From Vicugna vicugna (taxonomy: Eukaryota), in contig MU058000.1 in assembly GCA_013265495.1 (NCBI GenBank), positions 372,001 through 436,000 on the forward strand: a stretch of 64,000 bases of DNA, in the 5' to 3' direction. The position numbers and the translations under genes were made by a program. This document shows positions 14,450 through 25,885 of this stretch, piece by piece; position 1 is the stretch's first letter, and each line of letters opens with the position of its first letter. Below the pieces are notes generated by a model that saw only the letters and a list, made by a program, of their open reading frames with translations, did no database searches and had not been told where the DNA came from.

Positions 14450-15592
14450 AGCTCACACAAGCACTCTCATCTGTGTACCCCTAATAAACTCCTTTTCTAT
14501 TCTCATCCTTTGCCTTTGGTGAATTATTTTACCAACTGGCATCTCAGACCACCATGCCGTGTCCCACAACGTTTAGTGGCCCGCGCAGCCCTTTGGGCTT
14601 CTCTTTCTCCTCTCTCCCCTTCCTATGGGGGTCTCTCCCTGGCTTTATCTGACACTCCGAGGCTTGATCAGAAGTTCCATTCTGGAAGCCAGATCGCCAG
14701 GGCAGGTTTCCCTCTTCCTTTCTGCTTTCCTTTCCTCTCTTATACCTTCCTGCCGCTCCCTAGTGTTTGGGAAGTCCCCAAAGTCTTAACCAAGGACTGA
14801 GGAAGCCTGGCTGGGCTACTCTTGGCAGGATCTGAAATTCAGTCTGACAGATGGAAATAACTCTCTGCCCTTAGTAGTGAATGCATATGGGAAAGGCGTC
14901 TTTTCTAAATACCCTTCTCTCCATCTCTCCCTTCCTCTGACTCTGGCCCTTGAGACACAACTTGGTTCTCGGCCTAACCACATTGTGCACCTCTGTGCCT
15001 TCTCTCCACTTTTTGCAGATGAGGTCTCCAGATTGGCCAAGCCTGCAGACTGGCTAGGCCTTCTAGTTTCGATTCTTGTATCAGGTAGAAGCTGCTGGTG
15101 GGTGACCTGTTAAGGAGGTTATATTGTATGGGAAAATTTTATTAATATATTCTAAAAATTATATAGAATTCATAAAAATCTGGTATGTCTAAAATGTTAC
15201 CAGCCATAATTCTGGTTATTGTAACCAGGTTTCTTTATCACAGTGTAACCAGGTGTTAAACCATGCTTAAGTCTTTTGTCATTCATAGACAGTTCTGGTT
15301 TTTACTCTGATGCTTTCTCTTTAGAAGATTATAGAAAGGACATTTTGACAAGTACAGGTTTCTGATAACTTTTAAATCATACTACTGAACTGGGCAAGAT
15401 ATTTAAAAGTATGATGGAAACTCTGATTTCATAAAACTGTTAACAAAAAGGATTACACAGGACTGAGTAAACTGATGACTATGGTCATAATTTTTAGTCT
15501 TATCTAAAATATTACTTGCTTTTAATCCGTGCTTTCTAGATATTAAAAAAAAACTCTTCTCAAGCTTATTATGACTTAGCAATTTGGTAAAC

Positions 15593-15945
15593 TCAGAGTT
15601 AAAGTTCTGTTATGTTTATGGGCAACTACCTATATCCAGTACTTCTGCGTCACCCTGGTGGATTTCTCCACTCTAAGAGTCTAATTGGTAGGCCCTTAGG
15701 AAATTTATTGTGTAAGAAAGAAACTGCAGTTCTGTTCAGGCCCCTCGTGATACTACTAGGTGGGACTCCCCCACCTGGCCAATCAATACGTGTTCTAATC
15801 CTGGCAATAAATATGAATCTTCTTCTAAAGTTACTCAGCCTCAATCAGAGCAACAAGCAGCAACTTGAAACAGCTAACCAGATATATAATTCTATAGGAG
15901 ATTTGTGATTGTAATAGTACAACTCTAGATTTGGGAAGAAGCTAC
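15593..15945 (+). pseudogene. Decayed ERV1 env SU N-terminal remnant
   Basis: Frame +2 from 15608: CYVYGQLPISSTSASPWWISPL*ESNW*ALRKFI...TRWDSPTWPINTCSNPGN; first stop 15674-15676; resembles the CWVCG-LP-...-PWWVSPLQG-DW...WPIN block of ERV-PABL-B/envR(b)-type env as recalled. Confidence 0.7.
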
Positions 15946-16457
15946 AAGAGAGGATATTTTCCTGGACCATAACAGACTAGTAAGATAGGTGGTCCAGATT
16001 TCTGCTACTGTTAATGAGGCCTAGTGTCATAATAAACAGCACACTGAGTGGCCTATCAACGAAACCCGTGCCTGACGTAGGAATGAGCACTCCCTGCACT
16101 GTGGGAGGAAGTGGTCATGAAATGCCTTCCAAGCCGGGTACTTGCCATCTGCCTCTACAAGGATTAAGTCACAAGCCACTGAGATTGCTGACCATCAGCG
16201 CACCCTGAAAGGAGCCCAGGGTGGTAATCAGGAACGAGGCACTCTGTGCTCTGGGAAAACTGGCAAAGCAGGCCTTCAGATAGTTAGGTATTTTCAGGAG
16301 AAGATTTAATGAGCCCAAATTCTTACATCTCCTATCTAAAAAAGCACTAAGATCATTAATAGTGACATCTGCTGCAGCCATTAAGGAAAGCTGTCTTACA
16401 AAACCACATGGCTCTTGACATCTTTATGCCTATGCTTACTACTTCATCGTAGTCACT

Positions 16458-16622
16458 GAACAGGTCTGTGACTGGTTCTCCAATGCCTTTTCCTAGATCC
16501 CTAAAGGGAAAAGGTCTTTCTTTTCAGACATCCTCAAATTTCTTCTCTGTTTTTATTAGGATTAGCTATTTATCTTGGTATATGCTTGTTTTTGTATTGC
16601 ATCCCTCTCTTACAAAAACAAG
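16458..16622 (+). pseudogene. Decayed env TM membrane-proximal and transmembrane remnant
   Basis: EQVCDWFSNAFS*IPKGKRSFFSDILKFLLC, then after a frameshift FLLGLAIYLGICLFLYCIPLLQKQ; stop at 16494-16496 (TAG, plausibly from TGG); lies upstream of the PPT. Confidence 0.6.
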
Positions 16623-16908
16623 TGTCTCCCTTTGAGGTCCAAGAATTTAGGAACAAAGACATCCCTCTTACCAAGACTGCCACCATGAACCAAGCCAACA
16701 TCCTGGTGATGCAGCCCATGGACGCCACTGGGGCCTCCTTCCACTCCCATCTTTAAGGCTGCAGGGATGTCAGGGCCCCATAACCCCAGACAGACTGGCA
16801 CAATTGGCAGAGACGATGCAACGCCCCATTTAACAGGAAGTAGATATGGAAGATGAGCCCCTCGCCCCTGTTCCAAAGATTTGTCACTGCCAATCTGTCA
16901 GTGGGGAA

Positions 16909-17282
16909 TGTTGGGCCAACTGGCGTCCTGCAGAGTCCAATGACTCCCTTCCTAGGCTCTCAGATGTCTGACATTCTTCCCTGGGCATGTTTCCCCCAGT
17001 AAACTAATAGCCCCAGGTAATGCCTAACCTCACAATAGCTCTGGCAGACTTGTTTCAGCCCACCTTATCAGAGTCATAGATCCCACCACCCTTCATGGAC
17101 TCTAAACCTCTTACTTCACCTACAACCAATCAGAGACTTGCACACAAGCCGATCAGACACCTGTGATCCTATTTTATATAAAGGATCCCAACAACCAACC
17201 CTCAATGCCCACATAGGCACCTCTTGTCTGTGTGGACTGCTGTTGTCTGTAGCAGCGTAACTATTAAACCTTTTCTTATTCA
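16909..17282 (+). promoter_or_regulatory. U3-R of the ERV element with CCAAT box, TATA box and poly(A) signal
   Basis: CCAAT 17126-17130; TATAAA 17177-17182; R start about 17207; ATTAAA 17263-17268. Confidence 0.65.
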
Positions 17283-17319
17283 TAATAATAATAATAAAGA
17301 AATAAAGTATCAACCTCTC

Positions 17320-18960
17320 TTGGCAATCTAGGAACAGATGGCAAGGTTCTTAATATGATAAAGAATGGCACTCAAAACCAGGAGCAAACACCATATAATA
17401 ACATTTACACTTTAGAAGCATCTCAATAAATACAAGAATAAAGCAAAGATTCTTGCTATCTTTGCTTATATTCAACACTGAATTTGAGTTTCTAGCTAGT
17501 GCAATAAAGCCACAACAACAACAACAACAAAAAGAATTATAAAGAAAGAGATTAAACTGCTTTTAATTTCAAATGATATGATTATCTACATAATAGACAA
17601 TATGTCAGTAAAGCTACTAACAAATTATAATAAGATCATTAAGCAAAATTGTTGACTAAAAGAGCCACTTATGAAACCAACTGTACTCCTATATACTACA
17701 AATAACCAATTAGAGATGCAATCAAAGAAAATATCCTATTCACAACAGAAAAATCATAAGGAATAATTCCTTACCTAGGAATAAGTCTAACCAAAGATGT
17801 ACAAGACCTTTATACAGACAATTATAAAATATTATTGAAGACAATTAGAAAACACCGTCTCTTCAAATTAATCTATATATTTAGTACAATTACAATCAAA
17901 TGCAAGCAGGACTTTTCATGGAACATGACCAGAGATTTTCATTATCATTTATCAAAATATAATGAAAGACAAATAATGTAGACAAAATGATACCAGTTCA
18001 GGAACAAACAGATCAATAGCAAAGCACACAGAATCCAGACAGGTATCATAAGAAACTATACAACTGAAATGGCATTTAAATCAGAGGGGAAAGAAGAAGT
18101 TATTCAAAAAAGATGCAAAGGCAACTCATTAGTCATATAAGAAATAACTGAGATTCTTTCCTTCTGCCATTAAAAAAGTTAAAATCCTGGGGAAAAAAAA
18201 ACTCAAATAATCCAGTATTTTTAAAAGAGCAAAAGTTATAAATAGGCTATCTGTACAGGCACAAATGCAAACTGCCAACAAGTATGTGAAAAGATGCTCA
18301 AATTCACTAATTGGGAATGCAAATAAATATAAAAATGAGTTAACACTTTATACCCATCAGCTTGGCAAAAATTAATAATTATAACCACAACTAATAGTAG
18401 GAATGTGAGAAAAAGGGCCACTTTCAATCATTTTGCTTAAAGAAACACAGAAAGAGCCTTTTGGAGAACTACTCTGATAATCTGAACTGTAATAAAAGAT
18501 CTGTCCATGGTAATAAAAGATTCAGTTGGAGCCACATCCACTAACTGCAAGAATTTCTGGAAAGTACCAGTGAGAAAAAAAAGCAAAATGAAGAAATATA
18601 TATATAATGGGATCACATTTTATTAAAATAAAAACATACCCAAAAAATCTATATATGCAGAGGTGTATATAGGGTACACACACACACATCTGTCCAGGAT
18701 AATTAACAGCAGAAAGAAAGATATAAAGGGATGTATCTCAGGCTGTTTACACTGGTTCCTTTTTTAGGGAGTAGGGGTAGTGATTGATGATGAGAGAACA
18801 GAGGGGAAGAGACAGGAAGAAAAACGAGTTGAGCAAATAAAGCTGTACTAAAAAAAGATAATGTTTGTATGGGCATTTATTATAGGATCACATTTAGTTA
18901 TACGTTTGCTAGATCATATGTAAATACTTTTCATACTAAATATTTCATTAAAATTTTAAA
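17320..18960 (+). mobile_element. Old L1 ORF2/3' part, continuation of 12730-14449
   Basis: Resumes with GGCAATCTAGGAACAGATGG...TATTCAACACTG...CTAGCTAGTGCAATAA, colinear with L1 RT; 3' boundary approximate. Confidence 0.7.
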
Positions 18961-21056
18961 AGGAAAGAACTATGTGAGAAATAAAACTAGTTAAACATTG
19001 GATCAAAACAATGCATGAATATGGTCATCACTCAATGCATTCAACAAATATTAATTAAGTCCATACTATATTAAATGCTAGAAATAAAAAATGCTCAAAA
19101 CAATTACAATTAAAAGAGACAACATATCAAGAAACGGTAATTAACAGTAATAATCTGAAACTTAAAAACCTCAACTCATAATATATATCACCGGAAACTG
19201 GATAGTGAGGAGAAAAAAACCATCTTTGCGAAAGAAGGAGAAAAAGAGTCAATGGGATTAAGGTTTATTAAAAGAATAAAAAGTATGGCTCAAAATAAAG
19301 CCCAGATTTATCCTATACACACAGATTCATCCTACAAAGAACAAACACTAGAGCAGGAGTTTCTGAATTTTCTCTTGCTACACACATTTCCCCATGGAGT
19401 AGTACATGTGTGGTTGTCCTGGTGTGATCCTCAGAGCTTTCACCCACTAGGTACCCTGAGCACCTTGGTGTTGTCACCCTGCCTGTGTCACTCTCTGCCT
19501 ACTACACTCAGCTGGTCACCGAGACCTTACAGTGCACTAAATTCTAGAGTTCATATCCCAAGGATTGAGAAAATAAGGTGCATCCCTCTGAGCTCTCCTT
19601 GTGCTTTCCATAGAGCTGGTGTTCTGTTTATAAACTCTCATTTACTTGTAAATTCCACTGGTCTTTCTGGCCAGGGAGGCTATTGAGATGGTCGATGTGA
19701 GGGTGATTTAATGGGCACTTATATAAAAGGCATCTAATAATATCACTGGGGATTGTATCAATATTTATTATAAAATAAACATGAGAAAATGTCAGGGATA
19801 TCTACAAAAAGAAGGCATTAACTATGGTAACAAGAAGGCCAAGCAAAAGTTTCACAATTTAGCCTTGGAAAAGTAAGTGAAGGGGAGTCAATAATCCAGC
19901 AGCCTCAGAAAGGCCTCCATGTCTCCAAACCAAGTAGGGGAGTCTCACAAGGAAGAGCGGGAGAAGGGGTTAACAAGGACGTATTAACAACACTTGCTGG
20001 ACTAGGATCTCCTCTAAACTGGCTCAGAAGTCTGAAGGGAGACGCTAAAGCTATTAGGAGGACATTAGGAAAACATTCTTGGCTTCAGTGGAAGCTTCTC
20101 CCTTAATGAGTCCAAACTAAATACATTAAAAAACAGTACCCAAGGCTTTTATTTGTTGAAGCAGCCATATTACTCAGCATTTCTGGAGCCACAATGACAT
20201 TTCTGGGAAGGAATGAATAGCTATTTCTTTACTAGGTTTCTCACAATTGGTACAGATGCCAAAAAATGAAGGAAAATATTGGGGAAATTTTTATCAGTTT
20301 TTCTGCATATGACCTTATTTTATTGATGAGGCTCACACAATCTGATTTTTCCACAGAGCAAACTAGAAACCACTGAGCTCCCACCTTACATTTAATTTCT
20401 CACTTAGTTTTCACTATCTTCGATTAAGGTTCCATGCCTTGCCTGTCCCAGGGGTTTCTCCATGAAACGTTTTTAAACCTTAAAGCACCTGATTCACCTT
20501 AGGTTATATGCAAGCATGGAGTATCCTTGGTGGGGCTAGATTAGGGAGCTAGCATTTTACTGTGCTATGAAATGGTCTGAAAAACAGATAAACAGCATTT
20601 ATCTCATGTTTTTCATTTTACGTAATTTACCTGAAGATGAATAAGTCACATTTATTTTATAAGAAACAGCCAGTGAAAAAACAAGACAGGAATTCCCAAG
20701 ATGCCACAGCTAAGAGGTAGAAATTTAATCTAAGATTTTATGTAAATGTTGAACCTGCAGAAGAGTTTTGATTTGGGCTTAGCGTCTAAATACCACTTTC
20801 AAGTCCCTAGCACCCACCATTCCTACCTCACGCCACTAAATTTAACTAATCAAAGTTACCTTACTGTCAAATGTCTGATCAAAAGAAATGTGAAACATGA
20901 CAAATGTACCCTAATGTTCAAACACACACTTGATTGTTTGTACAATGGTTCAACAAGGAAAAGAATGATGGTTCTAGGTTTAACAATATTTTAATTCAAT
21001 TAGTAAAAGTTCAGAGTACTAGAATAATCATTCAAAATTTAAAAGAACTATGTGAG

Positions 21057-22183
21057 TAGTGCTGGAAAACTGGACAGCTATATATAAGAAAGAAATTAGA
21101 ACATTCTCTAATACCATACACAAAAATAAACTCAAAATGGATTAAATACCTAAATGTAAAACCAGATACTATAAAACTCCTAGAGGAAAACATAGGCAGT
21201 ACAAAATCACAGCAGTATTTTTTTCAAATCAGCTCCTAGAATAACAGAAATAAAAGCAAAAATAAACAAATGGAACCTAATTAAACTTAAAAGCTTTTGT
21301 ACTGCAAAGGAGACCAGAAACAAAACGAAAAAAACAACCTATGGAAACGGAGAAAATATTTGCAAATGATGCAACCGACAAGGGGCTAATTTCCAAAATA
21401 CACAAACAGCTCATACCTTAATATCAAAAAAAACAAGCAATCCAATCAAACAATGGGCAAAAAACCTAAATAGACACCTCTCCAAAGATGACATCCAGAT
21501 GGCAAGAAAAAGCACAGGAGAAGATGATCAATATCACTAATTATTAGAGAAATGCAAATTAAAACTACATCAAGATGTCATCTCACACCAGTCAGAATGG
21601 CCGCCATTAAAAAGTCCACAAACGACAAATGATAGAGAGAGTGTAGAGAAAAAGAAACCCTTTTACACTGTTGGTGGGAATGTAAATTGATGCAATCAAT
21701 GGAGGACAGTATGGAGATTCCTCAAAACACTAAAAATAGATTTATCATATCATCCAGCAATCCCACTCCTGGGCATATACCTGGAGGAAAATAGAACTTG
21801 AAAAGACACATGCACACCAATGTTCACAGCAGCACTATTTGCAATAGCAAAGATATGGAAACAACCCAAATGTCCATGGAAAGATGACTAGATAAAGAAG
21901 ATGTGGTATATATATACAGCAGAATACTACTCAGCCATAAAAAAGAATAAAATAATGCCATTTGCAGCAACAAGGTTGGACCTGGAAATTGTCATTCTAA
22001 GTGAAGTAAGCCAGAAAGAGAAAGAAATAAACCATAAGATATTGCTTCTATGTGGGACCAAAAAAAAAGGACACAAATAAACTTACCTACAAAACAGAAA
22101 CAGACTCAGACACAGAGAACAAACTTATGGTTACCAGAGGGTAAAGGGGGTGGGAAGGGACAAATTGGGAATTCGAAACTTGC
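21057..22183 (+). mobile_element. Younger L1 ORF2 C-terminus and partial 3'UTR, truncated at both ends
   Basis: GCTGGAAAACTGGACAGCTA...CCATACACAAAAATAAACTCAAAATGG...CTAAGTGAAGTAAGCCAGAAAGAGAAAG; similar to the reverse complement of 58302-59862. Confidence 0.9.
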
Positions 22184-22189
22184 ACCTCT

Positions 22190-22335
22190 TCAAAAGTGAT
22201 GGAAATGTTAGCTATCTTGATTGTGGTGGTGGTTTCACTGGTGTATACATCTATCAAAATTCATCAAAATGTATACCCGAAATATGTGTAGTTTACTGTA
22301 CAGGAATCATACCACAATAAAGGTGTTTAAAAAAT
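22190..22335 (+). mobile_element. Old L1M-type 3' terminus
   Basis: GTGATGGAAATGTT...TATCTTGATTGTGGTGGTGGTTTCAC...CAATAAAG motif. Confidence 0.7.
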
Positions 22336-24049
22336 AGACATATATTTAAAAAGAGCTAAATGAAAAGAATATTATTGCACAACTAATAAAACATTCATCT
22401 CTCTAAAGAGACCTCTACTAAGATACAAAAACAATGTTGTTTAAAATGCAATACATAAGTTCTGAAGGCCCTTGAAGGTCCTTACCAAGTTAAAAAAAAA
22501 AATCTGACATTCATGTGACATCACTAGCACACAAGCAGTTGAGGCTCACCAAGGGAAGTGGATCCCAGAGCATGCACACAGCCCTCTTGCTTAAACCAGG
22601 AGGAAAGAAAAAAAAAACAGAAAAGAGGGAACAATTCTTTAAAAACTCTAAAACAAGAAGAGTGGCTTCCCTCAACCAATTTCCAAAGACCAATACTGTG
22701 ATTTCATTGAATGGGAACAGATAAAGCCCCAAGCACCTAAGAGCCTCATTGGATCACTTAGAAAAAAGCAGGCTTTAGCCAAAACCACAGATTGCCTCCC
22801 TGTAATACATTATACCTAGATATCCCTGATATCCTGGAATTTTTAACGACTGCTCCTAATCTTTTAACAACTTTTGAATGTCGTAATGTTCACTAACATT
22901 GAATTACACCTTTTAGGGAAGCAGAAAAAATTTAGCAGCTAGAAGTCCAGGCCTACGTACTCACCTAGAGATTCAATTTTTCACCAGAGCCAGAAACAAA
23001 ATAGACCAATTACTATTATTATACAGTATAGATATTTCTGCATTTTTTAATACTGAAAAGAAAGCAAAGTGTTTTCTCTCCTTAAACATGACCTTTCCAG
23101 AACAGTCTAAGCCACTTAACTTGGGAGTAGGAAAACGCATCAGCCTAAATTAATCCTTGCCAGTTTCCACTGTACTGTTTAATCCAAAACCACCTTTTAA
23201 AAGCATATAGGCCACCGCTTATATTACAGTGACAAAATATGAAATTAAACATTTCTTATCAATGGTGATCCTCTATTGTACTGTCAGAGATGAAATTCCA
23301 AATCACTGCTCAAGCTTTTAGTCAAATTGACAATTACAATGCAAATATTCAAGCTCTGGTTTCTTCAAAAATAGGGGTGGGAAGCAATCTTCCTCTCCCT
23401 CTTTCTTTGTAATTTCGTGCATTCTGCAGAGAGAGTAGAAAATAAGCACAGAAAATTTCTCTAATTTTCTCTTGCAGAAAAGAACAATTGTCTCCTCAGT
23501 ACTATTCTTATGCTCACCAGATGCAATTTGCTTTGAGAACAAATGTATAAAAATCAAGGTTTAAAAAAAAAGGCTACCCACATGCTGTATCTAATTATTC
23601 AACAAAGTATCCTCTTCAAAGTAATTACCAACTAACAAGGGTATGCTTCCTTTTGTGAAATGGAGGAAAAATGGAATTTTAGAAAACAAAAGCAGGTTTT
23701 TCTATCAGCTTACACTGTAATTTCAGGGTTGCAATTTTTGTTCCTAATTTTCAATTGGCATGTGTTCTAATACTTAAGAAAAATTTTAATCTGTCGATTT
23801 ATAAGAGTTAATGATCTTCAAGCACACATAAGTGCATTTGCAGAACATCACTTTTGGAGAAAATCACATTGTAAAAGAAAAAAATTCCTTTTCTTTTTAA
23901 ATCTTTTGGTTTTTCTGCTGTTTCTAATTTTGTATACTCTATGTATAGAACTAAGAAACATTTAAAGGGAATTTCACAAATTAATTTTCTTATAAAGACA
24001 GTTACAAGACACAACCAATATAATAAAATGAGAATTCACAAATCTACAC

Positions 24050-24955
24050 CAATATTAATGAATAAATTAATGGGTGGAGAAAAAGATAAAGCCCTTTCTT
24101 ACAGTAGGAATCCAACTAATAAATGTAGAATAAATGACAGTATTTTTTAAATCAGTGTTTAGTATCACTTACAGCAGTAACCATTTTACAAAAGAATCAT
24201 CAACAGATGCTAAAATTTGTGGGTGAAAATATTACGAGAAATAGTCTATTTTCAAGTTTCAAAGAGTCTCCCAATAAAATAAATAATTAAACAGGTATAA
24301 TATAGTAACTCTGCAGTAGAGAAACCTGGCAAGCAATACCTTAATCAACATTCCGTTTTCACCAAATTAACATTACATGCCTCCTGGTATGATATCCTGG
24401 GAAAAATGCAACACCATTTCTCTGGGCTTCCTGTCAAAAGTCTATCACCTGAATCTAGTCATGAGGAAAAATCAACAAACCTAAAAAGAAAGACATTCTA
24501 CAAAATAACTGGCCAGTGTTCTGGAAAGTTGCTGAGATCACAAATGACAAAGAACGACTGACAACTGTTCCAGATTAAAGGAGACTAAAGAGACATGATA
24601 GTCAAATGCTATATGTAATCCCGTATTGACTGTATCCTGGAACAGAAAAGAACTTTAAGTGACAAAATTTGAATAAAAACTATAGGTTAAAACATAGTAT
24701 TGATCCAATGTTAATTTCCTGTGATTACAGAAGAGGATGTACACACCATATTATTTAGATTTAAAAGTATTTACAACTAGCTCAAAAAAGTTTAGATATA
24801 CATATATATGGAAACATATATATATATATATATATAAAATAAAGCAAGTCTGTAAAATATAAATACTGGGGAAGCTGAAGTAAAGGATAGGCAGAAATCC
24901 TTTGTTTAATTTTTCAACATCTTCATTAGTCTGAAGTTTCAAAATTAAAAATGTT
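24050..24955 (+). mobile_element. L1MC4-like 3' end
   Basis: GTAGAGAAACCTGGCAA...CCTGAATCTAGTCATGAGGAAA...GACATTCTACAAAATAACTGGCC motifs. Confidence 0.75.
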
Positions 24956-25007
24956 ACCTAAAGGGTAAGTGACCTCCATTTTGAAATGCTTTGATGATAG
25001 TCTAGCC

Positions 25008-25234
25008 CAGGGGTCTGCAAATTTTTTCTATAGAAGGCCAGGCAGTCAATACTAATTTTAAGCTTTGTGGGCCATATGGTCTTTTTCATAACATCTCAAC
25101 TCTGCCGTTCTGTCACAAAAGCATCCACAGGCAAACTGAAAATGAATGGGTTGGCTGTGTTTCAATAAAACTTTATTTACAAAAATCAGCAATGGGCTAG
25201 ATACAGCCCAAAGGCCACAGTTTGCTGACCCCTG
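25008..25234 (+). mobile_element. MER58A-like hAT-Charlie MITE
   Basis: TIRs CAGGGGTCTGCAAA / TTTGCTGACCCCTG; 8-bp TSD GTCTAGCC / GTCTAGTT. Confidence 0.85.
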
Positions 25235-25264
25235 GTCTAGTTCACACCAAAGAAAATTAATCAG

Positions 25265-25510
25265 GATAATTATACTTTCAGTTCACATGTACTGAGCACA
25301 TGCTGGATACTATGTTAAGTGCTTTACCTGCATTAATTCATTTATCCCTGCACCAGTCTGATTAAATAAATACTATAATTATTTCTATATTCCACAGAGG
25401 AAATGAGCCTGGAGAAGTTAAGGAACTTGCCCAAGGACTCACAGCTGTAGGCTCTGGGCTTAAACCAGACACCATCTTCACACACTCAACTATAACCAAT
25501 ATGCTGCACT
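25265..25510 (-). mobile_element. MIR SINE
   Basis: CCACAGAGGAAATGAG...GTTAAGGAACTTGCCCAAGG core. Confidence 0.7.
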
Positions 25511-25630
25511 TCTCATATGAAATGAACTATACTGAGACACGCAACAACTAAGGAACTATGATCATTTTAACAATAGCTGAATAACTATCCAAACTCAAGA
25601 TGACACTCTGAGAAGGTATTTTTCACCAAC

Positions 25631-25747
25631 CTCCTGTAGCTGCAAAGAAATAAGTCCCAGCTGATCCTGACGTCTTTCCACCAGCTCTCTTTCTGTACGC
25701 ATCTCTCTTTCTATTTCCTGAAGCCGTCGCTCCACCCGATCTGAAAC
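25631..25747 (-). CDS. CEP128: CEP128 coding exon 7 (117 nt, VSDRVERRLQEIEREMRTERELVERRQDQLGLISLQLQE)
   Basis: Acceptor gttcatgttaag|GTT, donor GAG|gttggt; phase 0/0; visible in ORF 25595..25795. Confidence 0.95.
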
Positions 25748-25791
25748 CTTAACATGAACAAAGAGAAACAGTGACATTATAGAGCTGTTAG

Positions 25792-25824
<33 letters not shown>

Positions 25825-25885
25825 AAAATGAAAAAAAATTTTATAAAAAAAAAAACATTTTTAAAGAATTTAAAAAAAAAGAATA

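Larger units (their letters stand above)
14450..17303 (+). mobile_element. L1-retrotransposed (processed) ERV1-like element: R-U5, PBS, deleted internal region, PPT, U3-R, A-rich tail
   Basis: Begins with R (AATAAA 14483-14488); U5 ends about 14571; PBS-like TAGTGGCCCGCGCAG; PPT AGTGGGGAA 16900-16908; 3' LTR starts TG at 16909; ATTAAA 17263-17268; (ATA)n/A tail; 16-bp TSD with 13/16 identity. Confidence 0.8.

Noticed and set aside
15612..15908. 98-aa ORF as a functional ERV protein
   Set aside because: The env-like homology is in a different, stop-interrupted frame; this ORF is incidental.
19355..19575. Possible hAT MITE with an overlapping 144-aa ORF (19252..19686)
   Set aside because: Only weak TIR-like ends, no recognisable family, and no protein similarity.
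1..25630. Next CEP128 exon (expected to start near ALKKQEAK)
   Set aside because: Not found by eye on the minus strand. It probably lies beyond position 1, though a miss cannot be excluded without tBLASTn.
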